Assembly (NCBI RefSeq): GCF_000020025.1
Contig: NC_010628.1
Location: 1,440,001 to 1,472,000 of the forward strand
DNA from: Nostoc punctiforme PCC 73102
Lineage (GTDB): Bacteria > Cyanobacteriota > Cyanobacteriia > Cyanobacteriales > Nostocaceae
Direction of reading: 5' to 3'
DNA length: 32,000 nt
The position numbers and the translations under genes were made by a program. Shown piece by piece: positions 1 to 10,967 of this stretch (position 1 is its first letter; every line of letters starts with the position of its first letter). Below the pieces are notes generated by a model. That model was given only the letters and a program-made list of their open reading frames with translations. It did not search any database and was not told where the DNA came from.

Positions 1-861
<861 letters not shown>

Positions 862-922
862 CATCCTTGTAGGGAAGGGGAGTAAGGCTTTTAGAAGAGA
901 GAATCTAAATAACACGCATTGG

Positions 923-981
923 ACTACAAAATTTGTAGTATCCCCTTGACATTATGTAGAGTTCGTATTACATTTGTAGTA
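923..981 (+). promoter_or_regulatory. Candidate sigma70-type promoter with flanking operator-like repeats, upstream of the RNA/ORF array
   Basis: TTGACA at 946-951, a 17-nt spacer, then TACATT at 969-974. A perfect palindrome actacaaa-a-tttgtagt lies at 923-939. The 9-mer tttgtagta occurs at 932-940 and again at 973-981, bracketing the -35/-10 boxes. Confidence 0.4.
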
Positions 982-1055
982 TGAAAAGAAAAGCCTCCTC
1001 AAAGGCAAAACTAAAACCTCTCACAAGCTAGACAATTGCATAGATGCCACTGTTT

Positions 1056-1139
1056 GGGGCCGCGATTGGTGTTCGACTGCTCCGAAGCCAACAAACGGAC
1101 GGTTGCAGGATTCGGGTTCAATTCCCGACGGCTCCACTA
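1056..1139 (+). ncRNA. Minimal tmRNA tRNA-like-domain (TLD)-like RNA with no mRNA-like domain
   Basis: The 5' GGGGCCG (1056-1062) pairs 7/7 with 3' CGGCUCC (1129-1135), including a G3:U pair (alanine identity element). The T-arm UCGGG-UUCAAUU-CCCGA (1112-1128) abuts the acceptor 3' strand, followed by discriminator A1136. The 5' segment GGGGCCGCGAUUGGUGUUCGAC resembles the tmRNA 5' consensus GGGGCUGAUUCUGGAUUCGAC. The 3' segment ACGGAC...GGGUUCAAUUCCCGACGGCUCCACUA resembles tmRNA 3' ends. The interior is a short closed helix (CUGC/GCAG, CCG/CGG) where pseudoknots and a tag ORF would be. Confidence 0.55.
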
Positions 1140-1172
1140 GACTTGACTGCGGTTGAAGTTGTGTAGAGGCTT

Positions 1173-1382
<210 letters not shown>

Positions 1383-1428
1383 ATACGAATTCGTAATGAC
1401 GCTCCTGCGTCGCTAACGTAATTCGTAA

Positions 1429-1650
<222 letters not shown>

Positions 1651-1659
1651 ATTTCCTAG

Positions 1660-1848
1660 TCATCCGTGCCCTAACAGAAGAAGCATACATACACATTGAT
1701 AACGGCCCTAAGGTAGTAAAGTTCGAGTGATCGGACTAAGCGAAGCATGATTTCTAAGTCTCTTGCAGATTTAGCGTGCGTGCCCACTGCCAATATTTGG
1801 TAAGAGCGGCCGTAGCTGTAAAAAGCTTCTTGAACTTGTACGGAATGA
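1660..1848 (+). ncRNA. Y-RNA-like module Y2 (conserved closing helix, non-tRNA interior)
   Basis: 5' UCAUCCGUGCCCUAACAGAAGAAGCAUACAUA pairs with 3' AGCUUCUUGAACUUGUACGGAAUGA (CCGUGC/GUACGG including G-U, GAAGAAGC/GCUUCUU). The ~130-nt interior holds hairpins such as CCAA-uau-UUGG but no cloverleaf. Confidence 0.5.
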
Positions 1849-1858
1849 TTTAAGACTT

Positions 1859-2021
1859 AATTCCGCGCCCTAACTTGTAAAGTCTACACACTATCCGGCA
1901 ACGGATCGCAGGTACCCTACGGGAACGCTACGCGAACGATTCCTGTCGCTCCCTTTGATGGGAGCGTAGCCAAATTGGTATAGGCAATTGTGAAAACTGC
2001 TTTGCTAACTTGTGCGGAATT
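1859..2021 (+). ncRNA. Y-RNA-like module Y3 (conserved closing helix; interior carries a dispersed-repeat insertion and a D-arm-like hairpin)
   Basis: 5' AAUUCCGCGCCCUAACUUGUAAAGUCUACACA pairs with 3' CUGCUUUGCUAACUUGUGCGGAAUU (AAUUCCGCGC/GUGCGGAAUU). The interior contains ggtaccctacgggaacgctacgcgaacg, the same repeat family seen at 17966-18075 and 28707-28804. It also contains the hairpin CGCUCCC-uuugau-GGGAGCG and GCC-aaauugguaua-GGC. Confidence 0.5.
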
Positions 2022-2077
2022 TCAATTATTTAAATTGTATTTATCTATAACCTTTACTCAATACAGAGGTGAGTTCA

Positions 2078-2867
<790 letters not shown>

Positions 2868-2875
2868 AATTTTCA

Positions 2876-2997
<122 letters not shown>

Positions 2998-3032
2998 CGA
3001 TATTATTTCATTTCAATATGGAGGTGAGTCCG

Positions 3033-3104
3033 ATGAAAAAGATTAATTCTTTCAACATCGAGCCTGAAGATAATTGCCAATACCCCAGCAAAAGAAACTG
3101 GTAG
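3033..3104 (+). CDS. Candidate micro-ORF (23 aa)
   Basis: ATG 3033 is preceded by ggaggtgag (3020-3028). It reads MKKINSFNIEPEDNCQYPSKRNW. Only the strong SD supports it. Confidence 0.25.
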   Translation: MKKINSFNIEPEDNCQYPSKRNW

Positions 3105-3202
3105 TCGCAATAGCGGCAGATATGATGGCAGCTTATGCAGCTACTACTTTTAGGGAGTAGTACCAACGATTTCGATACATTACATCAAAACTGGCAGTTG
3201 TT

Positions 3203-3274
3203 GCCGTGCCCCGATCGCAGAAGCTTACATAACTCTGCACAAGTTATACACAATGCTTCTACAACTTGCGCGGT
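3203..3274 (+). ncRNA. Y-RNA-like module Y5 (minimal: closing helix plus a single stem-loop)
   Basis: 5' GCCGUGCCCCGAUCGCAGAAGCUUACAUA pairs with 3' AUGCUUCUACAACUUGCGCGGU (GCCGUGC/GCGCGGU with G-U pairs, AGAAGC/GCUUCU). The interior is a single hairpin AUAACU-cugcaca-AGUUAU. Confidence 0.5.
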
Positions 3275-3302
3275 GACTTGATCGCCCCGCGTGCAACATC
3301 TG

Positions 3303-4770
<1,468 letters not shown>

Positions 4771-4946
4771 GGTTAGAATATGGCATTGCTTATTGTTAAG
4801 TCCGATGAGCAATGCTAATTCAATAGCTAACACCTAAAATGAAAAGTTTACTTTTATTAGAAATTTTAATAAATTGCTTGAAACAGATGACCAGGCAATT
4901 GAGAATTTCATTGCTATTATTTACTGCTATAGAACCCATTTGGAAT

Positions 4947-5084
4947 CTATAAATGTGCCAGCCGTTTGAGCATTAGCCTGATGAAACAAAGATTGAGGTT
5001 GGCAGTGGCATGGCCTAAAGTTCTCTCAAAGTTTTTCACCAAACTCTTACAACGTTCCATCCAAAACAAGGGTTTCAAGTTGGC
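4947..5084 (-). pseudogene. Transposase C-terminal remnant (IS4/IS5-type)
   Basis: The minus-strand frame reads ANLKPLFWMERCKSLVKNFERTLGHATANLNLCFIRLMLKRLAHL*. This matches the conserved C-terminal block of DDE transposases (…W…RC+SLV.+FE+…A….L.CI.L.L+R). A stop lies immediately upstream, so only ~45 codons remain. Confidence 0.5.
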
Positions 5085-5224
5085 TTATATTTTTAAAAAT
5101 TGTATTATAGTATACGTTACATTTGCTTAAGACAGTAATTCCTATTAGGCGATCTCAATCTTATTGAAGAAGAATTCAGAAGCCATAATTCAGCAATCTT
5201 GACTTTATGTTTGCTTGTTTTGAG

Positions 5225-5290
5225 ATGGCAAGAATAATTAACGCCTTCAGAGACAAGGAATCAAGACGATTTGCCAACCGAATCGCATAA
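5225..5290 (+). pseudogene. Possible HigB/RelE-type toxin N-terminal remnant (21 codons)
   Basis: MARIINAFRDKESRRFANRIA* resembles the N-terminus of HigB-like killer proteins (M I x S F x D K x T E x x F). It is truncated by a stop after 21 codons. The match is short, so this is weak. Confidence 0.3.
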
Positions 5291-5545
5291 TGACTTCCCC
5301 ACTTCCCAGTAGTGTGAAAAACACTGAGTGATCGCTAATTTAATTTGGGTACTGAGTGCTGTGGGACGTGTAGCCAGTGCTGAGTAAAAAATACTAGTCT
5401 ATAATCCCCAATTCCTCTTTCATCTGTTCTGGTGTATATAGTTCATGATGGCTATTTACTTTTCAAGTGGGAGAACTTACACCATTTTGGGATTAATAAA
5501 TGTGAAACCTCTCTGAAGAGAACAGGCTCCAAAAGGATAAAAACC

Positions 5546-6514
5546 ATGCACCAGCAACTTTTTTGTAAAGTTGTAACCAATATTCTTGGTAGAAAGACTG
5601 CTTTTTTTACCTCAGTATTAGCGATCGCCATATTTGGCATGGCCTGTACTCCAACTCGTGAAAGTTCATCTGCAACTCAACCAAACACTGCTCAGTCGCC
5701 TGCTAGCACTAACAGTCAAGCTGGAGAAGAACAAGGAACCATTACAATGGCGGTGATTCCCTGGCAGGTTTCAGCCGAACAAGAAAAGAAACTCCAACCT
5801 TTGGCTGACTATTTGTCTAAGGCACTAAAACGACCCTTTAAATTTGAAATTACTAAGGACTACACAACAGCAGTTGATTTCTTAGTCACAGGAAAAGTTG
5901 ATCTTGCCTACCTTGGGCCCAGTAGCTATATCGAAGCTCATCTTCGCGATCCGAAGATTGAGCCACTCGTTTCACCAATTAATCAAGAGACGAAACGACC
6001 TTGGTACACATCTGTAATTATTGTCAGCAGAAATAGTAGAATCAAAACTCTACAAGACTTAAAGGGCAAGCGATTTGCTTTTGTGAGTAAGTTATCGACT
6101 TCTGGATTTGTGGCACCAATGGCTTACTTTCAGCAAATTGGTATCAATCCAGAAAGAGACTTTGCGAAAGTGGTTTTCTCTGGTAGCCATGATAAATCAA
6201 AGCAAGCTTTAGTGAATGGGGAAGTAGATGCGATCGCGGATGATCGGCGTTCATATACTGAGCAAGTCAAAGAAAAGAAGATTGACTCAACAAAATACAC
6301 AATTATCTGGGAATCTGTTCCACTTCCTAGCGTACCTCTTGCTGCTTCTAGTAAAGTTTCCGTCGAATTGAAAGATGCTTTGAAAAAAGCCCTAATTGAC
6401 GCACCAGTGAATCTTGTAGACCCATCAGGCAGTATTGGAGTTGGCTATACTTTGGTGCAAGACGGAGATTACGACATCGTTAGAGAGTTGCAAAAGCGAG
6501 TTTCCAGCAAATGA
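5546..6514 (+). CDS. Periplasmic substrate-binding protein, PhnD/phosphonate-ABC-type family (probable accessory sensor partner)
   Basis: After an N-terminal signal/lipoprotein-like segment (FFTSVLAIAIFGMAC), the sequence reads ITMAVIPWQVSAEQEKKLQPLADYL...VDLAYLGPSSYIEA...GKRFAFVSKLSTSGFVAPM...SGSHDKS. These are typical PhnD-like type-2 binding-protein motifs. ATG 5546 is preferred over the GTG at 5432. No permease or ATPase genes are adjacent. Confidence 0.8.
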   Translation: MHQQLFCKVVTNILGRKTAFFTSVLAIAIFGMACTPTRESSSATQPNTAQSPASTNSQAGEEQGTITMAVIPWQVSAEQEKKLQPLADYLSKALKRPFKFEITKDYTTAVDFLVTGKVDLAYLGPSSYIEAHLRDPKIEPLVSPINQETKRPWYTSVIIVSRNSRIKTLQDLKGKRFAFVSKLSTSGFVAPMAYFQQIGINPERDFAKVVFSGSHDKSKQALVNGEVDAIADDRRSYTEQVKEKKIDSTKYTIIWESVPLPSVPLAASSKVSVELKDALKKALIDAPVNLVDPSGSIGVGYTLVQDGDYDIVRELQKRVSSK

Positions 6515-6527
6515 GGCTAATCAAGAT

Positions 6528-9257
6528 ATGCGGATAACGACCAAATGTATTGGATCGTCTGCGATCGTTCTGGGATTGGTTGCCTCTACCCAAATTGGAG
6601 GCGACCTTTTTATCAGGCAAGCAGAACAAAAAGCACAGGATACTCAGGCAAAAAATACTCAGGCTTTGACGACTATTCTGCAAATAAACGTCTCTTTGAA
6701 TAACGAAGTAGCCGCGCTGAAAGACATGATCTTGCTCAGACGCGATGCTTCCAATCTGGTGAAATATCAGGAAGCTCTATCTGGATTTACTAAAAATCTG
6801 GCTGAGTTAAAAAATTTAAAGCCAGAGATAAATTCAGAGTTAGTCAAGATCAGCGATCGCCATAGCTTGCTTGCCAATCTAATAATCGAATTAACTAATC
6901 AATCTAACACAGAGAAACCCTTAGAATTAGCTGAATCTCAACAGGATTTTCGAGTCATTAATGCTTTTTCTCGGGATATTGAACTTTACTTAAAGTTATT
7001 AACCCAGAAGCTTCAGCAACAGGATAGCTTCGCAAAGCAAGAGTTTAATAACTTTAAACAGACTACTCAACTTGCCAGACAAATTCTGCTTTTGTCCATT
7101 CTCGTAGTTTTTGTAGGTCAGTTATTGCTGATCCTTTTACCAGTAATTCGCTCGATTCAAAAGCTACAACAGGGAGCAGCAAAAATTGGAGATGGAAATC
7201 TAGAATACCGCCTGAATATTCAAACCGAAGACGAAATTCAAGAACTCGCAGAAGCTTTTAACCGAATGGCAGGCACTCTAGCTGAGTCCTATCGCTCTCT
7301 AGAGTTAAAAAAAGAGCTTGCTGATACAGCAAATCGTGCCAAAAGTGAGTTCTTAGCTAACATGAGCCATGAGTTACGAACTCCTCTTAACGGTATCCTG
7401 GGTTATGCTCAAATTCTCCAACGAGATAAAACTTTAACTGATAAACAGCAAGACGGCTTAAGAATTATTCACCAGTGCGGTTCACACCTATTAACATTAA
7501 TTAACGACATTCTAGATTTATCCAAAATAGAAGCCCAGAGAATGGAACTTTACAAAAGCGACTTTCATTTTCCGGCTTTTCTCCAGAGTGTAGTAGAAAT
7601 TTGTCGCATTCGTGCTGACCAAAAAGGCATTTCATTCATTTACCAACCAACTTCAGAATTACCTATTGGCGTTTGGGCAGATGAAAAGCGATTGCGGCAG
7701 GTCTTAATTAATCTACTAGGTAATGCCATTAAATTTACCGAAAAAGGAGGAGTGAGATTTACTATTAGCTCTGTAGACCAATTGTTAACCAATGAAAGTA
7801 ACCAAAAACCAATTCATAAAATTCGGTTTCAAATCATCGATACAGGAATTGGCATGAGTCAAGAACAGGTAGCGAAAATATTCTTACCATTTGAGCAAGT
7901 CGGAGAAGTTAAAAAGCAATCAGAAGGTACTGGATTAGGTTTAGCTATTAGTCAGCGAATTGTGCAACTAATGGATAGTACAATCCAAGTAAAAAGTGAA
8001 ATAGGTCAGGGCAGCACTTTTTGGATTGACTTGGATTTGCAAGAATCAGTGGATTGGATGCAATCAGCTAGAGTCATTTCTGCTGGCAAAATTGTCGGAA
8101 TCGCCACTGGTAAGCGCAGAATTTTGATTGTAGATGATAGGTGGGAAAACCGTTCTGTTGTGATGAATCTATTAGATGAAATTGGATTTGAAATTATAGA
8201 GGCCAGTGACGGTCAAGAAGGCTTAGATAAAGCTATGCAATTTCTACCGGACTTAATCATTACAGATTTAACAATGCCCGTAATGGATGGCTTTGAATTA
8301 ACGCGTCGCCTCCGCCAGCAACAAGAGTTTCAGGATTTGACCATCATAGTTTCATCTGCCAGCGTATTTGAATCTGACCAACACAAAAGTTTAGGAGTTG
8401 GTGCAGACGATTTTCTACCGAAACCTGTACACGCTGATGATTTACTTCAGAAGTTAGAAAAATATTTACAACTTGAATGGGTTTATGAAACTGTACCGGA
8501 GAAATCTGTAAATGAAACACAAAATACTATCCATAGCCCAAGTAGCTCTGTCGTAACTGCTGAAAGTACAATTGTTGGGATTACTGGCAATAAGCGAAAA
8601 ATCTTGATTGTAGATGATAATTTGGAAAACCGTTCTATTGTTGTCAATTTATTAGGGGATCTTGGTTTTGAAATAACGGAGGCAATTAATGGTCAAGACG
8701 GCTTAGATAAAGCAGTCGAGTTAAAACCTGATTTAATTATCACTGACTTGTCGATGCCAGTCATGAATGGCTTAGAAATGATCCGTCAGTTGCGTGTGTT
8801 GCCATTTGAGAATTTACCAATAATTGTTTCATCTGCCAGTGTATTTGAATCTGACCAGCATGAGAGTTTAGAGGGAGGTGGCAACGATTTTCTGCCTAAA
8901 CCAGTGCAAGCAAATGAATTGTTTCAGAAGTTACAGAAACACTTGCAATTTGAATGGATTTATGATGTTATCCAGAGTCAAGAAGGAGTTAAGGAAAACC
9001 AAAATCTAAAAGTTACTTCTGCTGATTCTCTGGTATCAGACACTTGCTTAATTTCTCCACCACCTGAAGAAATCGAGAAACTATTTGAGTTGGCGATGAG
9101 AGGTAATATCAAAGGCATTCGAGAGCAAGCCCAAAAGTTGAAACTTTTGGATGATAAATTTATACTATTTGCCGAACAATTAGAGCAACTTGCTAAAAGC
9201 TTTCAAATTGAAAAAATTAGGGAATTTATCCAACAATATCGAGGAGAAGAACAATGA
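6528..9257 (+). CDS. Hybrid sensor histidine kinase (2 TM periplasmic sensor, HAMP, HisKA, HATPase_c, two receiver domains, C-terminal HPt-like helical tail)
   Basis: The H-box is [14 protein letters not shown]. The N/G boxes are [12 protein letters not shown] and DTGIGM...GTGLGLAI. There are two REC domains (ILIVDD...[12 protein letters not shown]...KP and ILIVDD...[12 protein letters not shown]...KP). ATG 6528 is preferred because the track start at 6435 overlaps the upstream gene. The C-terminal tail ([20 protein letters not shown]) looks HPt-like but has no His at the expected position. Confidence 0.9.
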   Translation: MRITTKCIGSSAIVLGLVASTQIGGDLFIRQAEQKAQDTQAKNTQALTTILQINVSLNNEVAALKDMILLRRDASNLVKYQEALSGFTKNLAELKNLKPEINSELVKISDRHSLLANLIIELTNQSNTEKPLELAESQQDFRVINAFSRDIELYLKLLTQKLQQQDSFAKQEFNNFKQTTQLARQILLLSILVVFVGQLLLILLPVIRSIQKLQQGAAKIGDGNLEYRLNIQTEDEIQELAEAFNRMAGTLAESYRSLELKKELADTANRAKSEFLANMSHELRTPLNGILGYAQILQRDKTLTDKQQDGLRIIHQCGSHLLTLINDILDLSKIEAQRMELYKSDFHFPAFLQSVVEICRIRADQKGISFIYQPTSELPIGVWADEKRLRQVLINLLGNAIKFTEKGGVRFTISSVDQLLTNESNQKPIHKIRFQIIDTGIGMSQEQVAKIFLPFEQVGEVKKQSEGTGLGLAISQRIVQLMDSTIQVKSEIGQGSTFWIDLDLQESVDWMQSARVISAGKIVGIATGKRRILIVDDRWENRSVVMNLLDEIGFEIIEASDGQEGLDKAMQFLPDLIITDLTMPVMDGFELTRRLRQQQEFQDLTIIVSSASVFESDQHKSLGVGADDFLPKPVHADDLLQKLEKYLQLEWVYETVPEKSVNETQNTIHSPSSSVVTAESTIVGITGNKRKILIVDDNLENRSIVVNLLGDLGFEITEAINGQDGLDKAVELKPDLIITDLSMPVMNGLEMIRQLRVLPFENLPIIVSSASVFESDQHESLEGGGNDFLPKPVQANELFQKLQKHLQFEWIYDVIQSQEGVKENQNLKVTSADSLVSDTCLISPPPEEIEKLFELAMRGNIKGIREQAQKLKLLDDKFILFAEQLEQLAKSFQIEKIREFIQQYRGEEQ

Positions 9258-10681
9258 ATATACCTGTTCTGGAGACAGGGGTAATTTTGATTGTGGATGA
9301 TAATCCCAATAATTTGGAAGTACTATCTGAAACATTAATGGATACAGGTTGGGAGATATTGATTGCTGTAAATGGTGAAGGTGCGATCGCTCAAGCTGAA
9401 TACGCTTGTCCTGATATCATACTTTTAGATGTAATGATGCCTGGAATTGACGGATTTACAGCCTGCCAGCGTTTAAAGTCAAATCCTGTAACCTGTGATA
9501 TCCCCATAATTTTTATGACAGCTCTTTCTGAAACTGTCGATAAAGTAAAGGGTTTGAGTTTGGGAGCAGTGGATTACATTACTAAACCGTTTGAGCATGA
9601 AGAAGTACTAGCTCGTATCAAGACACATCTACAAATCCGTAATCTAACTAAGCAACTGCAAACTCATAATCAGCAACTTCAACAAGAAATAGCCGACCGT
9701 CTTGCAGTCGAAACCAAGTTACAAAAGCTGACTCAGGAGTTAGAGCAAAGGGTAGAAGAACGTACTTTTCAACTATCTCAAGCACTTCATAATTTTCAAC
9801 AAGCTCAGGTTCGTCTGCTACAGCAAGAAAAGATGTCAACCCTTGGTGAGTTAGTTGCTGGAATTGCTCATGAAATTAACAATCCAGTCAACTTCATTTT
9901 AGGAAATCTTAATCACGCCTCTGAATATACCCAAAACTTTATTGATTTGTTTCAACTTTATCAACAATATTATCCTAATCCCGAAGTAGAAATTCAGCAA
10001 AAAATAGATGAAATTGATCTTGATTTCTTAATGCAAGATTCTCCGCAAATTATGTCGTCTATGTACAAAGGAACAAAGCGCCTAGCACAGATGATTCATT
10101 CGCTTAGGCATTTTTCACGTCGGGATGATTCAGTTGTACAACCTATAGATATTCATGAAGGTATTGATAGCACGCTATTAATTTTACAATATCGCTTAAA
10201 AGCGAATTCAGAACGTTCCGAAATTCAGATTATTAAACATTATGGAACTTTGCCACCTGTAGAATGTTTTCCAGGCCCACTGAATCAAGTTTTTATGAAT
10301 CTCCTTGCTAATGCAATAGATGCTATAGAGGAGTCATTTATTACTAACACAAACTTTTCCAAAATTGCATCAAGTAGTGTTCATTTGTTATCGGTAGAAG
10401 ACAACGGAAAAATCACGATTCGCACTGCTCTACATAAACAAGGCTCAGTTGTAGTAATTAAAATTGCTGATAATGGCATCGGCATGACAGAAGAAGTCAA
10501 ACAACGGTTATCTGAACCAATGTTTACTACCAAACCTGTAGGAAAAGGCACAGGGTTAGGTTTATCTATAAGTCGGCAAATTATTGAGGAAAAACATGGT
10601 GGGACTCTCTCTTTTGTATCTGAGCCGGGGAAAGGCACAGAATTTTGTATTGAAATTCCTGTACTAAGTCAAAAAGCATAA
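9254..10681 (+). CDS. Response-regulator receiver fused to a histidine kinase (REC, coiled coil, HisKA-like, HATPase_c)
   Basis: The REC domain reads ILIVDDNPNNLEVL...IILLDVMMPGIDGF...KPF. The H-box is AGIAHEINNPVNF, and the ATP-lid motifs are DNGIGM and GKGTGLGLSI. The start overlaps the upstream stop as ATGA (9254-9257), suggesting translational coupling. Confidence 0.9.
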   Translation: MNIPVLETGVILIVDDNPNNLEVLSETLMDTGWEILIAVNGEGAIAQAEYACPDIILLDVMMPGIDGFTACQRLKSNPVTCDIPIIFMTALSETVDKVKGLSLGAVDYITKPFEHEEVLARIKTHLQIRNLTKQLQTHNQQLQQEIADRLAVETKLQKLTQELEQRVEERTFQLSQALHNFQQAQVRLLQQEKMSTLGELVAGIAHEINNPVNFILGNLNHASEYTQNFIDLFQLYQQYYPNPEVEIQQKIDEIDLDFLMQDSPQIMSSMYKGTKRLAQMIHSLRHFSRRDDSVVQPIDIHEGIDSTLLILQYRLKANSERSEIQIIKHYGTLPPVECFPGPLNQVFMNLLANAIDAIEESFITNTNFSKIASSSVHLLSVEDNGKITIRTALHKQGSVVVIKIADNGIGMTEEVKQRLSEPMFTTKPVGKGTGLGLSISRQIIEEKHGGTLSFVSEPGKGTEFCIEIPVLSQKA

Positions 10682-10741
10682 ATAACTAGGCAGTTACAAA
10701 ACAGTCTAATCAACGTCGAAATGCAGCGCGATCGCTAATAA

Positions 10742-10779
10742 TTATCTTCAGTAAAAAATACATTTTTTACTGAAGATAA
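10742..10779. terminator. Long perfect palindrome, probable (bidirectional) intrinsic terminator after the kinase operon
   Basis: ttatcttcagtaaaaaat-ac-attttttactgaagataa has 18-nt perfect arms containing A/T runs. It lies 60 nt after the stop at 10681. Confidence 0.6.
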
Positions 10780-10967
10780 AGTATAAACATATAAAAAAGT
10801 CCTGCCTACTCTGTACAGATATAGCTATAAACCAGATTTAAATATATGATATGCGATCGCCACATCTCAATGCCCGATCGCCAAAAAATGATAATCTAGC
10901 ATTTTTCCCTAATCAGTTAAGATAATCTTCATCAATCTTCTTTCCTTTTACCCTTCTCCTTGGAATT

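Noticed and set aside
1056-1139. The genuine ssrA (tmRNA) gene, or an ssrA 3'-end duplication left by an integrated island
   Set aside because: It is far too short for tmRNA, with no resume codon, tag ORF or pseudoknots. It contains both the 5' and 3' halves of the tRNA-like domain, whereas integrase-mediated duplications copy only the 3' end.
6435-6527. Upstream extension of the hybrid kinase ORF (track start at 6435)
   Set aside because: The extension overlaps the last 80 nt of the binding-protein gene in another frame. ATG 6528 is followed immediately by a membrane-anchor sequence and preceded by GAGG.
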